This document shows, one piece after another, positions 39,991-54,800 of a DNA stretch of 64,000 bases. How positions within the stretch are numbered: position 1 is the stretch's first letter; each line of letters opens with the position of its first letter. The translations under genes and the position numbers were made by a program. Below the pieces are notes generated by a model, which was not told the DNA's origin, ran no database searches, and worked only from the letters and a program-made list of their open reading frames with translations. The stretch comes from Auanema rhodensis (lineage: Eukaryota > Animalia > Nematoda): NCBI GenBank assembly GCA_964057225.1, contig OZ059897.1:1426001-1490000 (forward strand), given 5' to 3'.

Positions 39991-42180
39991 CGGGAAAATT
40001 TTTGTCAAAATGTTTTTGGAAGCAATGTTGAGTGTACATGGAAACTCAACATACACTAATGCATCATTTTTCAAACAATCATAGATAATTTTTGTATTGA
40101 GCGTTTCTCAATGTGGTATAGTGCATTCGAAACAAATGTTTAAGCTGCGTCGATCTGTGTTATCAGATTTGCGCTAGCTTAAAAATGCACCGAGATATCA
40201 ACTGATATAAGTTCACACTTATATCCTCGATTTTCACCCTGAAGAATTAATTTTTTCGTTGAATAAAATTGTCCATCGTCTTCGCAATAAGAAAAGGAAT
40301 CTAAGAACATCTAGTTTTTGTAAAATTATCTTGAAATTTTTCGGGAAAATTTTTGTCAAAATGTTTTTGGAAGCAATGTTGAGTGTACATGGAAACTCAA
40401 CATACACAAATGCATCATTTTTCAAACAATCATAAATAATTTTTGTATTGAGCGTTTCTCAATGTTATATAGTGCATTCGATGCGGATTTCTAAGCTGCG
40501 TCGATCTGTGTTATTAGATTTGCGCTAGCTTAAAAATGCACCGAGATATCAACTGATATAAGTTCACACTTATATCCTCGATTTTCACCCTGAAGAATTA
40601 ATTTTTTCGTTGAATAAAATTGTCCATCGTCTTCGCAATAAGAAAAGGAATCTAAGAACATCTAGTTTTTGTAAAATTATCTTGAAATTTTTCGGGAAAA
40701 TTTTTGTCAAAATGTTTTTGGAAGCAATGTTGAGTGTACATGGAAACTCAACATACACTAATGCATCATTTTTCAAACAATCATAAATAATTTTTGTATT
40801 GAGCGTTTCTCAATGTGGTATAGTGCATTCGAAACAAATGTTTAAGCTGCGTCGATCTGTGTTATCAGATTTGCGCTAGCTTAAAAATGCACCGAGATAT
40901 CAACTGATATAAGTTCACACTTATATCCTCGATTTTCACCCTAAAGAATTAATTTTTTCGTTGAATAACATTGTCCATCGTTTTCGCCTTGAAAAAAGGA
41001 ATCTAAAAACATCTACTCTTCGTTAAATTATCTTGAAATTTTTCGGGAAAATTTTTGTCAAAATGTTTTTGGAAGCAATGTTGAGTGTACATGGAAACTC
41101 AACATACACTAATGCATCATTTTTCAAACAATCATAGATAATTTTTGTATTGAGCGTTTCTCAATGTGGTATAGTGCATTCGAAACAAATGTTTAAGCTG
41201 CGTCGATCTGTGTTATCAGATTTGCGCTAGCTTAAAAATGCACCGAGATATCAACTGATATAAGTTCACACTTATATCCTCGATTTTCACCCTGAAGAAT
41301 TAATTTTTTCGTTGAATAAAATTGTCCATCGTCTTCGCAATAAGAAAAGGAATCTAAGAACATCTAGTTTTTGTAAAATTATCTTGAAATTTTTCGGGAA
41401 AATTTTTGTCAAAATGTTTTTGGAAGCAATGTTGAGTGTACATGGAAACTCAACATACACAAATGCATCATTTTTCAAACAATCATAAATAATTTTTGTA
41501 TTGAGCGTTTCTCAATGTTATATAGTGCATTCGATGCGGATTTCTAAGCTGCGTCGATCTGTGTTATTAGATTTGCGCTAGCTTAAAAATGCACCGAGAT
41601 ATCAACTGATATAAGTTCACACTTATATCCTCGATTTTCACCCTGAAGAATTAATTTTTTCGTTGAATAAAATTGTCCATCGTCTTCGCAATAAGAAAAG
41701 GAATCTAAGAACATCTAGTTTTTGTAAAATTATCTTGAAATTTTTCGGGAAAATTTTTGTCAAAATGTTTTTGGAAGCAATGTTGAGTGTACATGGAAAC
41801 TCAACATACACTAATGCATCATTTTTCAAACAATCATAAATAATTTTTGTATTGAGCGTTTCTCAATGTGGTATAGTGCATTCGAAACAAATGTTTAAGC
41901 TGCGTCGATCTGTGTTATCAGATTTGCGCTAGCTTAAAAATGCACCGAGATATCAACTGATATAAGTTCACACTTATATCCTCGATTTTCACCCTAAAGA
42001 ATTAATTTTTTCGTTGAATAACATTGTCCATCGTTTTCGCCTTGAAAAAAGGAATCTAAAAACATCTACTCTTCGTTAAATTATCTTGAAATTTTTCGGG
42101 AAAATTTTTGTCAAAATGTTTTTGGAAGCAATGTTGAGTGTACATGGAAACTCAACATACACTAATGCATCATTTTTCAA
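39990..42180. repeat. 3-monomer (1053 bp) local duplication
   Basis: CATAGATAA 40084/41137 and CCTAAAGAA 40943/41996. Confidence 0.85.
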
Positions 42181-43041
42181 ACAATCATAAATAATTTTTG
42201 TATTGAGCGTTTCTCAATGTGGTATAGTGCATTCGAAACAAATGTTTAAGCTGCGTCGATCTGTGTTATCAGATTTGCGCTAGCTTGAAAATGCACCGAG
42301 ATATCAACTGATATAAGTTCACACTTATATCCTCGATTTTCACCCTGAAGAATTAATTTTTTCGTTGAATAACATTGTCCATCGTTTTCGCCTTGAAAAA
42401 AGGAATCTAAAAACATCTACTTTTTGTGAAATTATCTTGAAATTTTTCGGGATAATTTTTGTCAAAATGTTTTTGGAAGCAATGTTGAGTGTACATAGAA
42501 ACTCAACATACACTAATGCATCATTTTTCAAACAATCATAAATAATTTTTGTATTGAGCGTTTCTCAATGTTATATAGTGCATTCGATGCGGATTTCTAA
42601 GCTGCGTCGATCTGTGTTATTAGATTTGCGCTAGCTTAAAAATGCACCGAGATATCAACTGATATAAGTTCACACTTATATCCTCGATTTTCACCCTGAA
42701 GAATTAATTTTTTCGTTGAATAAAATTGTCCATCGTCTTCGCAATAAGAAAAGGAATCTAAGAACATCTAGTTTTTGTAAAATTATCTTGAAATTTTTCG
42801 GGAAAATTTTTGTCAAAATGTTTTTGGAAGCAATGTTGAGTGTACATGGAAACTCAACATACACTAATGCATCATTTTTCAAACAATCATAAATAATTTT
42901 TGTATTGAGCGTTTCTCAATGTGGTATAGTGCATTCGAAACAAATGTTTAAGCTGCGTCGATCTGTGTTATCAGATTTGCGCTAGCTTAAAAATGCACCG
43001 AGATATCAACTGATATAAGTTCACACTTATATCCTCGATTT

Positions 43042-46000
43042 TCACCCTGAAGAATTAATTTTTTCGTTGAATAACATTGTCCATCGTTTTCGCCTTTAAA
43101 AAAGGAATCTAAAAACATCTACTCTTTGTTAAATTATCTTGAAATTTTTCGGGAAAATTTTTGTCAAAATGTTTTTGGAAGCAATGTTGAGTGTACATGG
43201 AAACTCAACATACACTAATGCATCATTTTTCAAACAATCATAAATAATTTTTGTATTGAGCGTTTCTCAATGTGGTATAGTGCATTCGAAACAAATGTTT
43301 AAGCTGCGTCGATCTGTGTTATCAGATTTGCGCTAGCTTAAAAATGCACCGAGATATCAACTGATATAAGTTCACACTTATATCCTCGATTTTCACCCTG
43401 AAGAATTAATTTTTTCGTTGAATAATAATGTCCATCGTCTTCGCCTTGAAAAAAGGAATCTAAAAACTTCTACTCTTCGTTAAATTATCTTGAAATTTTT
43501 CGGGAAAATTTTTGTCAAAATGTTTTTGGAAGCAATGTTGAGTGTACATGGAAACTCAACATACACTAATGCATCATTTTTCAAACAATCATAAATAATT
43601 TTTGTATTGAGCGTTTCTCAATGTGGTATAGTGCATTCGAAACAAATGTTTAAGCTGCGTCGATCTGTGTTATCAGATTTGCGCTAGCTTAAAAATGCAC
43701 CGAGATATCAACTGATATAAGTTCACACTTATATCCTCGATTTTCACCCTGAAGAATTAATTTTTTCGTTGAATAACATTGTCCATCGTTTTCGCCTTTA
43801 AAAAAGGAATCTAAAAACATCTACTCTTTGTTAAATTATCTTGAAATTTTTCGGGAAAATTTTTGTCAAAATGTTTTTGGAAGCAATGTTGAGTGTACAT
43901 GGAAACTCAACATACACTAATGCATCATTTTTCAAACAATCATAAATAATTTTTGTATTGAGCGTTTCTCAATGTGGTATAGTGCATTCGAAACAAATGT
44001 TTAAGCTGCGTCGATCTGTGTTATCAGATTTGCGCTAGCTTAAAAATGCACCGAGATATCAACTGATATAAGTTCACACTTATATCCTCGATTTTCACCC
44101 TGAAGAATTAATTTTTTCGTTGAATAATAATGTCCATCGTCTTCGCCTTGAAAAAAGGAATCTAAAAACTTCTACTCTTCGTTAAATTATCTTGAAATTT
44201 TTCGGGAAAATTTTTGTCAAAATGTTTTTGGAAGCAATGTTGAGTGTACATGGAAACTCAACATACACTAATGCATCATTTTTCAAACAATCATAAATAA
44301 TTTTTGTATTGAGCGTTTCTCAATGTGGTATAGTGCATTCGAAACAAATGTTTAAGCTGCGTCGATCTGTGTTATCAGATTTGCGCTAGCTTAAAAATGC
44401 ACCGAGATATCAACTGATATAAGTTCACACTTATATCCTCGATTTTCACCCTAAAGAATTAATTTTTTCGTTGAATAACATTGTCCATCGTTTTCGCCTT
44501 GAAAAAATGAATCTAAAAACATCTACTCTTCGTTAAATTATCTTGAAATTTTTCGGGAAAATTTTTGTCAAAATGTTTTTGGAAGCAATGTTGAGTGTAC
44601 ATGGAAACTCAACATACACTAATGCATCATTTTTCAAACAATCATAAATAATTTTTGTATTGAGCGTTTCTCAATGTGGTATAGTGCATTCGAAACAAAT
44701 GTTTAAGCTGCGTCGATCTGTGTTATCAGGTTTGCGCTAGCTTAAAAATGCACCGAGATATCAACTGATATAAGTTCACACTTATATCCTCGATTTTCAC
44801 CCTGAAGAATTAATTTTTTCGTTGAATAGTAATGTCCATAGTCTTCGCCTTGAAAAAAGGAATCTAAAAACTTCTACTCTTCGTTAAATTATCTTGAAAT
44901 TTTTCGGAAAAATTTTTGTCAAAATGTTTTTGGAAGCAATGTTGAGTGTACATGGAAACTCAACATACAATAATGCATCATTTTTCAAACAATCATAAAT
45001 AATTTTTGTATTGAGCGTTATTCAATGTAGTATAGTGCATTCGATGCGGATTTTTAAGCTGCGTCGATCTGTGTTATCAGATTTGCGCTAGCTTGAAAAT
45101 GCACCGAGATATCAACTGATATAAGTTCACACTTATATCCTCGATTTTCACCCTGAAGAATTAATTTTTTCGTTGAATAACATTGTCCATCGTTTTCGCC
45201 TTGAAAAAAGGAATCTAAAAACATCTACTCTTCGTTAAATTATCTTGAAATTTTTCGGGAAAATTTTTGTCAAAATGTTTTTGGAAGCAATGTTGAGTGT
45301 ACATGGAAACTCAACATACACTAATGCATCATTTTTCAAACAATCATAAATAATTTTTGTATTGAGCGTTTCTCAATGTGGTATAGTGCATTCGAAACAA
45401 ATGTTTAAGCTGCGTCGATCTGTGTTATCAGATTTGCGCTAGCTTAAAAATGCACCGAGATATCAACTGATATAAGTTCACACTTATATCCTCGATTTTC
45501 ACCCTGAAGAATTAATTTTTTCGTTGAATAATAGTGTCCATCGTCTTCGCCTTGAAAAAAGGAATCTAAAAACTTCTACTCTTCGTTAAATTATCTTGAA
45601 ATTTTTCGGGAAAATTTTTGTCAAAATGTTTTTGGAAGCAATGTTGAGTGTACATGGAAACTCAACATACACTAATGCATCATTTTTCAAACAATCATAA
45701 ATAATTTTTGTATTGAGCGTTTCTCAATGTGGTATAGTGCATTCGAAACAAATGTTTAAGCTGCGTCGATCTGTGTTATCAGATTTGCGCTAGCTTAAAA
45801 ATGCACCGAGATATCAACTGATATAAGTTCACACTTATATCCTCGATTTTCACCCTGAAGAATTAATTTTTTCGTTGAATAACATTGTCCATCGTTTTCG
45901 CCTTGAAAAAAGGAATCTAAAAACATCTACTCTTCGTTAAATTATCTTGAAATTTTTCGGGAAAATTTTTGTCAAAATGTTTTTGGAAGCAATGTTGAGT

Positions 46001-48659
46001 GTACATGGAAACTCAACATACACTAATGCATCATTTTTCAAACAATCATAAATAATTTTTGTATTGAGCGTTTCTCAATGTGGTATAGTGCATTCGAAAC
46101 AAATGTTTAAGCTGCGTCGATCTGTGTTATCAGATTTGCGCTAGCTTAAAAATGCACCGAGATATCAACTGATATAAAAGTTCACACTTATATCCTCGAT
46201 TTTCACCCTAAAGAATTAATTTTTTCGTTGAATAACATTGTCCATCGTTTTCGCCTTGAAAAAAAGAATCTAAAAACATCTACTCTTCGTTAAATTATCT
46301 TGAAATTTTTCGGGAAAATTTTTGTCAAAATGTTTTTGGAAGCAATGTTGAGTGTACATGGAAACTCAACATACACTAATGCATCATTTTTCAAACAATC
46401 ATAAATAATTTTTGTATTGAGCGTTTCTCAATGTGGTATAGTGCATTCGAAACAAATGTTTAAGCTGCGTCGATCTGTGTTATCAGATTTGCGCTAGCTT
46501 AAAAATGCACCGAGATATCAACTGATATAAGTTCACACTTATATCCTCGATTTTCACCCTGAAGAATTAATTTTTTCGTTGAATAGTAATGTCCATAGTC
46601 TTCGCCTTGAAAAAAGGAATCTAAAAACTTCTACTCTTCGTTAAATTATCTTGAAATTTTTCGGGAAAATTTTTGTCAAAATGTTTTTGGAAGCAATGTT
46701 GAGTGTACATGGAAACTCAACATACACTAATGCATCATTTTTCAAACAATCATAAATAATTTTTGTATTGAGCGTTTCTCAATGTGGTATAGTGCATTCG
46801 AAACAAATGTTTAAGCTGCGTCGATCTGTGTTATCAGATTTGCGCTAGCTTAAAAATGCACCGAGATATCAACTGATATAAGTTCACACTTATATCCTCG
46901 ATTTTCACCCTGAAGAATTAATTTTTTCGTTGAATAGTAATGTCCATAGTCTTCGCCTTGAAAAAAGGAATCTAAAAACTTCTACTCTTCGTTAAATTAT
47001 CTTGAAATTTTTCGGAAAAATTTTTGTCAAAATGTTTTTGGAAGCAATGTTGAGTGTACATGGAAACTCAACATACAATAATGCATCATTTTTCAAACAA
47101 TCATAAATAATTTTTGTATTGAGCGTTATTCAATGTAGTATAGTGCATTCGATGCGGATTTTTAAGCTGCGTCGATCTGTGTTATCAGATTTGCGCTAGC
47201 TTGAAAATGCACCGAGATATCAACTGATATAAGTTCACACTTATATCCTCGATTTTCACCCTGAAGAATTAATTTTTTCGTTGAATAACATTGTCCATCG
47301 TTTTCGCCTTGAAAAAAGGAATCTAAAAACATCTACTCTTCGTTAAATTATCTTGAAATTTTTCGGGAAAATTTTTGTCAAAATGTTTTTGGAAGCAATG
47401 TTGAGTGTACATGGAAACTCAACATACACTAATGCATCATTTTTCAAACAATCATAAATAATTTTTGTATTGAGCGTTTCTCAATGTGGTATAGTGCATT
47501 CGAAACAAATGTTTAAGCTGCGTCGATCTGTGTTATCAGATTTGCGCTAGCTTAAAAATGCACCGAGATATCAACTGATATAAGTTCACACTTATATCCT
47601 CGATTTTCACCCTGAAGAATTAATTTTTTCGTTGAATAATAATGTCCATCGTCTTCGCCTTGAAAAAAGGAATCTAAAAACTTCTACTCTTCGTTAAATT
47701 ATCTTGAAATTTTTCGGGAAAATTTTTGTCAAAATGTTTTTGGAAGCAATGTTGAGTGTACATGGAAACTCAACATACACTAATGCATCATTTTTCAAAC
47801 AATCATAAATAATTTTTGTATTGAGCGTTTCTCAATGTGGTATAGTGCATTCGAAACAAATGTTTAAGCTGCGTCGATCTGTGTTATCAGATTTGCGCTA
47901 GCTTAAAAATGCACCGAGATATCAACTGATATAAGTTCACACTTATATCCTCGATTTTCACCCTAAAGAATTAATTTTTTCGTTGAATAACATTGTCCAT
48001 CGTTTTCGCCTTGAAAAAAGGAATCTAAAAACATCTACTCTTCGTTAAATTATCTTGAAATTTTTCGGGAAAATTTTTGTCAAAATGTTTTTGGAAGCAA
48101 TGTTGAGTGTACATGGAAACTCAACATACACTAATGCATCATTTTTCAAACAATCATAAATAATTTTTGTATTGAGCGTTTCTCAATGTGGTATAGTGCA
48201 TTCGAAACAAATGTTTAAGCTGCGTCGATCTGTGTTATCAGATTTGCGCTAGCTTAAAAATGCACCGAGATATCAACTGATATAAGTTCACACTTATATC
48301 CTCGATTTTCACGCTGAAGAATTAATTTTTTCGTTGAATAATAATGTCCATCGTCTTCGCCTTGAAAAAAGGAATCTAAAAACTTCTACTCTTCGTTAAA
48401 TTATCTTGAAATTTTTCGGAAAAATTTTTGTCAAAATGTTTTTGGAAGCAATGTTGAGTGTACATGGAAACTCAACATACAATAATGCATCATTTTTCAA
48501 ACAATCATAAATAATTTTTGTATTGAGCGTTATTCAATGTAGTATAGTGCATTCGATGCGGATTTTTAAGCTGCGTCGATCTGTGTTATCAGATTTGCGC
48601 TAGCTTGAAAATGCACCGAGATATCAACTGATATAAGTTCACACTTATATCCTCGATTT
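43042..48659. repeat. Block of 16 consecutive subtype-H monomers
   Basis: All 16 carry the CTCTT(C/T)GTTAAATT allele, which explains the gap in the ORF track. Length is 16x351+2, with an AA insertion near 46178. Confidence 0.9.
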
Positions 48660-51600
48660 TCACCCTGAAGAATTAATTTCTTCGTTGAATAACATTGTCC
48701 ATCGTCTTTGCCTTGAAAAAAGAAATCTAAAAACATCTACTTTTCGTAAAATTATCTTGAAATTTTTCAGGAAAATTTTTGTCAAAATGTTTTTGGAAGC
48801 AATGTTGAGTGTACATGGAAACTCAACATACACTAATGCATCATTTTTCAAACAATCATAAATAATTTTTGTATTGAGCGTTTCTCAATGTAGTATAGTG
48901 CATTCGAAACGGATTTTTAAGCTGCGTCAATCTGTGTTATCAGATTTGCGCTAGCTTAAAAATGCACCGAGATATCAACTGATATAAGTTCACACTTATA
49001 TCCTCGATTTTCACCCTGAAGAATTAATTTTTTCGTTGAATAACATTGTCCATCGTTTTCGCCTCGAAAAAAGGAATCTAAAAACATCTACTCTTCGTTA
49101 AATTATCTTGAATTTTTTCGGGAAAATTTTTGTCAAAATGTTTTTGGAAGCAATGTTGAGTGTACATGGAAACTCAACACACACTAATGCATCTTTTTTC
49201 AAACAATCATAAATAATTTTTGTATTGAGCGTTTATCAATGTAGTATAGTGCATTCGATGCGGATTTTTAAGCTGCGTCGATCTGTGTTATCAGATTTGC
49301 GCTAGCTTAGAAATGCACCGAGATATCAACTGATATAAGTTCACACTTATATCCTCGATTTTCACCCTGAAGAATTAATTTTTTTGTTGAATAATATTGT
49401 CCATCGTCTTCGCCTTGAAAAAAGGAATCTAAAAACTTCTACTCTTCGTTAAATTATCTTGAAATTTTTCGGGAAAATTTTTGTCAAAATGTTTTTGAAA
49501 GCAATGTTGAGTGTACATGGAAACTCAACATACACTAATGCATCATTTTTCAAACAATCATAAATAATTTTTGTATTGAGCGTTTCTTAATGTATCACAG
49601 TGCATTCGATGCGGATTCTTAAGCTGCTTCGATCTGTGTTATCAGATTTGCGCTAGCTTAGAAATGCACCGAGATATCAACTGATATAAGTTCACACTTA
49701 TATCCTCGATTTTCACCCTGAAGAATTATTTTTTTCGTTGAATAACATTGTCCATCGTCTTCGCCTTGAAAAAAGGAATCTAAAAACATCTACTTTTTGT
49801 GAAATTATTTTGAAATTTTTCGGGAAAATTTTTGTCAAAATGTTTTTGGAAGCAATGTTGAGTGTACATGGAAACTCAACATACACTAATGCATCATTTT
49901 TCAAACGATCATAACTAATTTTTGTATTGAGCGTTTATCAATGTAGTATAGTGCATTCGATGCGGATTTTTAAGCTGCGTCGATCTGTGTTATCAGATTT
50001 GCGCTAGCTTAGAAATGCACCGAGATATCAACTGATATAAGTTCACACTTATATCCTCGATTTTCACCCTGAAGAATTAATTTTTTTGTTGAATAATATT
50101 GTCCATCGTCTTCGCCTTGAAAAAAGGAATCTAAAAACTTCTACTCTTCGTTAAATTATCTTGAAATTTTTCGGGAAAATTTTTGTCAAAATGTTTTTGA
50201 AAGCAATGTTGAGTGTACATGGAAACTCAACATACACTAATGCATCATTTTTCAAACAATCATAAATAATTTTTGTATTGAGCGTTTCTTAATGTATCAC
50301 AGTGCATTCGATGCGGATTCTTAAGCTGCTTCGATCTGTGTTATCAGATTTGCGCTAGCTTAAAAATGCACCGAGATATCAACTGATATAAGTTCACACT
50401 TATATCCTCGATTTTCACCCTGAAGAATTAATTTTTTCGTTGAATAACATTGTCCATCGTTTTCGCCTCGAAAAAAGGAATCTAAAAACATCTACTCTTC
50501 GTTAAATTATCTTGAATTTTTTCGGGAAAATTTTTGTCAAAATGTTTTTGGAAGCAATGTTGAGTGTACATGGAAACTCAACACACACTAATGCATCTTT
50601 TTTCAAACAATCATAAATAATTTTTGTATTGAGCGTTTATCAATGTAGTATAGTGCATTCGATGCGGATTTTTAAGCTGCGTCGATCTGTGTTATCAGAT
50701 TTGCGCTAGCTTAGAAATGCACCGAGATATCAACTGATATAAGTTCACACTTATATCCTCGATTTTCACCCTGAAGAATTAATTTTTTTGTTGAATAATA
50801 TTGTCCATCGTCTTCGCCTTGAAAAAAGGAATCTAAAAACTTCTACTCTTCGTTAAATTATCTTGAAATTTTTCGGGAAAATTTTTGTCAAAATGTTTTT
50901 GAAAGCAATGTTGAGTGTACATGGAAACTCAACATACACTAATGCATCATTTTTCAAACAATCATAAATAATTTTTGTATTGAGCGTTTCTTAATGTATC
51001 ACAGTGCATTCGATGCGGATTCTTAAGCTGCTTCGATCTGTGTTATCAGATTTGCGCTAGCTTAGAAATGCACCGAGATATCAACTGATATAAGTTCACA
51101 CTTATATCCTCGATTTTCACCCTGAAGAATTATTTTTTTCGTTGAATAACATTGTCCATCGTCTTCGCCTTGAAAAAAGGAATCTAAAAACATCTACTTT
51201 TTGTGAAATTATTTTGAAATTTTTCGGGAAAATTTTTGTCAAAATGTTTTTGGAAGCAATGTTGAGTGTACATGGAAACTCAACATACACTAATGCATCA
51301 TTTTTCAAACGATCATAACTAATTTTTGTATTGAGCGTTTCTTAATGTATTATAGTGCATTCGATGCGGATTTTTAAGCTGCTTCGATCTGTGTTATCAG
51401 ATTTGCGCTAGCTTAGAAATGCACCGAGATATCAACTGATATAAGTTCACACTTATATCCTCGATTTTCACCCTGAAGAATTAATTTTTTCGTTGAATAA
51501 CATTGTCCATCGTCTTTGCCTTGAAAAAAGGAATCCAAACACATCTACTTTTCGTGAAATTATTTTGAAAATTTTCGGGAAAATTTTTGTCAAAATGTTT

Positions 51601-51818
51601 TTGGAAGCAATGTTGAGTGTACATGGAAACTCAACATACACTAATGCATCATTTTTCAAACAATCATAAATAATTTTTGTATTGAGCGTTTCTCAATGTA
51701 GTATAGTGCATTCGATGCGGATTTTTAAGCTGCGTCGATCTGTCTTATCCGATTTGCGCTAGCTTAAAAATGCACCAAGATATCAACTGATATAAGTTCA
51801 CACTTATATCCTCGATTT
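48660..51818. repeat. Island of divergent monomers with internal 4-monomer (1404 bp) duplication
   Basis: Alleles AGCTTAGAAATG, GCTGCTTCG, AATGTATCACAG and CAACACACACT are concentrated here. ORF variants repeat at 49713/51117. Confidence 0.85.
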
Positions 51819-54800
51819 TCACCCTGAAGAATTAATTTTTTCGTTGAAAAACATTGTCCATGGTCTTCGCCTTAAAAAAAGGAAATTAGAAACATTTACT
51901 GTCTGTAAAATTATCTTGAAATTTTTCGGGATAATTTTTGTCAAAATGTTTTTGAAGCAATGTTGAGTGTACATGGAAACTCAACATACACTAATGCATC
52001 ATTTTTCAAACAATCATAAATAGTTTTTGTATTGAGCGTTTCTCAATGTTATATAGTGCATTCGATGCGGATTTCTAAGCTGCGTCGATCTGTGTTATCA
52101 GATTTGCCTAGCTTAAAAATGCACCGAGATATCAACTGATATAAGTTCACACTTATATCCTCGATTTTCACCCTGAAGAATTAATTTTTTCGTTGAATAA
52201 AATTGTCCATCGTCTTCGCAATAAGAAAAAAAATCTAAGAACATCTAGTTTTTGTAAAATTATCTTGAAATTTTTCGGGAAAATTTTTGTCAAAATGTTT
52301 TTGGAAGCAATGTTGAGTGTACATGGAAACTCAACATACACTAATGCATCATTTTTCAAACAATCATAAATAATTTTTGTATTGAGCGTTTCTCAATGTT
52401 ATATAGTGCATTCGATACGGATTTTCAAGCTGCGTCGATCTGTGTTATCAGATTTGCGCTAGCTTAAAAATGCACCGAGATATCAACTGATATAAGTTCA
52501 CACTTATATCCTCGATTTTCACCCTGAAGAATTAATTTTTTCGTTGAATAAAATTGTCCATCGTCTTTGCAATAAGAAAAGGAATCTAAGAACATCTAGT
52601 TTTTGTAAAATTATCTTGAAATTTTTCGGGAAAATTTTTGTCAAAATGTTTTTGGAAGCAATGTTGAGTGTACATGGAAACTCAACATACACTAATGCAT
52701 CATTTTTCAAACAATCATAAATAATTTTTGTATTGAGCGTTTCTCAATGTTATATAGTGCATTCGATGCGGATTTCTAAGCTGCGTCGATCTGTGTTATT
52801 AGATTTGCGCTAGCTTAAAAATGCACCGAGATATCAACTGATATAAATTCACACTTATATCCTCGATTTTCACCCTGAAGAATTAATTTTTTCGTTGAAT
52901 AACATTGTCCATCGTCTTCGCCTTAAGAAAAGGAATCTAAAAACATATACTTTTCGTGAAATTATCTTGAAATTTTTCGGGAAAATTTTTGTCAAAATGT
53001 TTTTGGAAGCAATGTTGAGTGTACATGGAAACTCAACATACACTAATGCATCATTTTTCAAACAATCATAAATAATTTTTGTATTGAGCGTTTCTCAATG
53101 TGGTATAGTGCATTCGAAACAAATGTTTAAGCTGCGTCGATCTGTGTTATCAGATTTGCGCTAGCTTAAAAATGCACCGAGATATCAACTGATATAAGTT
53201 CACACTTATATCCTCGATTTTCACCCTGAAGAATTAATTTTTTCGTTGAATAACATTGTCCATCGTTTTCGCCTTGAAAAAAGGAATCTAAAAACATCTA
53301 CTCTTCGTTAAATTATCTTGAAATTTTTCGGGAAAATTTTTGTCAAAATGTTTTTGGAAGCAATGTTGAGTGTACATGGAAACTCAACATACACTAATGC
53401 ATCATTTTTCAAACAATCATAAATAATTTTTGTATTGAGCGTTTCTCAATGTGGTATAGTGCATTCGAAACAAATGTTTAAGCTGCGTCGATCTGTGTTA
53501 TCAGATTTGCGCTAGCTTAAAAATGCACCGAGATATCAACTGATATAAGTTCACACTTATATCCTCGATTTTCACCCTGAAGAATTAATTTTTTCGTTGA
53601 ATAACATTGTCCATCGTTTTCGCCTTGAAAAAAGGAATCTAAAAACATCTACTCTTCGTTAAATTATCTTGAAATTTTTCGGGAAAATTTTTGTCAAAAT
53701 GTTTTTGGAAGCAATGTTGAGTGTACATGGAAACTCAACATACACTAATGCATCATTTTTCAAACAATCATAAATAATTTTTGTATTGAGCGTTTCTCAA
53801 TGTGGTATAGTGCATTCGAAACAAATGTTTAAGCTGCGTCGATCTGTGTTATCAGATTTGCGCTAGCTTAAAAATGCACCGAGATATCAACTGATATAAG
53901 TTCACACTTATATCCTCGATTTTCACCCTGAAGAATTAATTTTTTCGTTGAATAAAATTGTCCATCGTCTTCGCAATAAGAAAAGGAATCTAAGAACATC
54001 TAGTTTTTGTAAAATTATCTTGAAATTTTTCGGGAAAATTTTTGTCAAAATGTTTTTGGAAGCAATGTTGAGTGTACATGGAAACTCAACATACACTAAT
54101 GCATCATTTTTCAAACAATCATAAATAATTTTTGTATTGAGCGTTTCTCAATGTGGTATAGTGCATTCGAAACAAATGTTTAAGCTGCGTCGATCTGTGT
54201 TATCAGATTTGCGCTAGCTTAAAAATGCACCGAGATATCAACTGATATAAGTTCACACTTATATCCTCGATTTTCACCCTGAAGAATTAATTTTTTCGTT
54301 GAATAATAATGTCCATCGTCTTCGCCTTGAAAAAAGGAATCTAAAAACTTCTACTCTTCGTTAAATTATCTTGAAATTTTTCGGAAAAATTTTTGTCAAA
54401 ATGTTTTTGGAAGCAATGTTGAGTGTACATGGAAACTCAACATACAATAATGCATCATTTTTCAAACAATCATAAATAATTTTTGTATTGAGCGTTATTC
54501 AATGTAGTATAGTGCATTCGATGCGGATTTTTAAGCTGCGTCGATCTGTGTTATCAGATTTGCGCTAGCTTGAAAATGCACCGAGATATCAACTGATATA
54601 AGTTCACACTTATATCCTCGATTTTCACCCTGAAGAATTAATTTTTTCGTTGAATAACATTGTCCATCGTTTTCGCCTTAAAAAAAAGAATCTAAAAACA
54701 TCTACTCTTCGTTAAATTATCTTGAAATTTTTCGGAAAAATTTTTGTCAAAATGTTTTTGGAAGCAATGTTGAGTGTACATGGAAACTCAACATACACTA

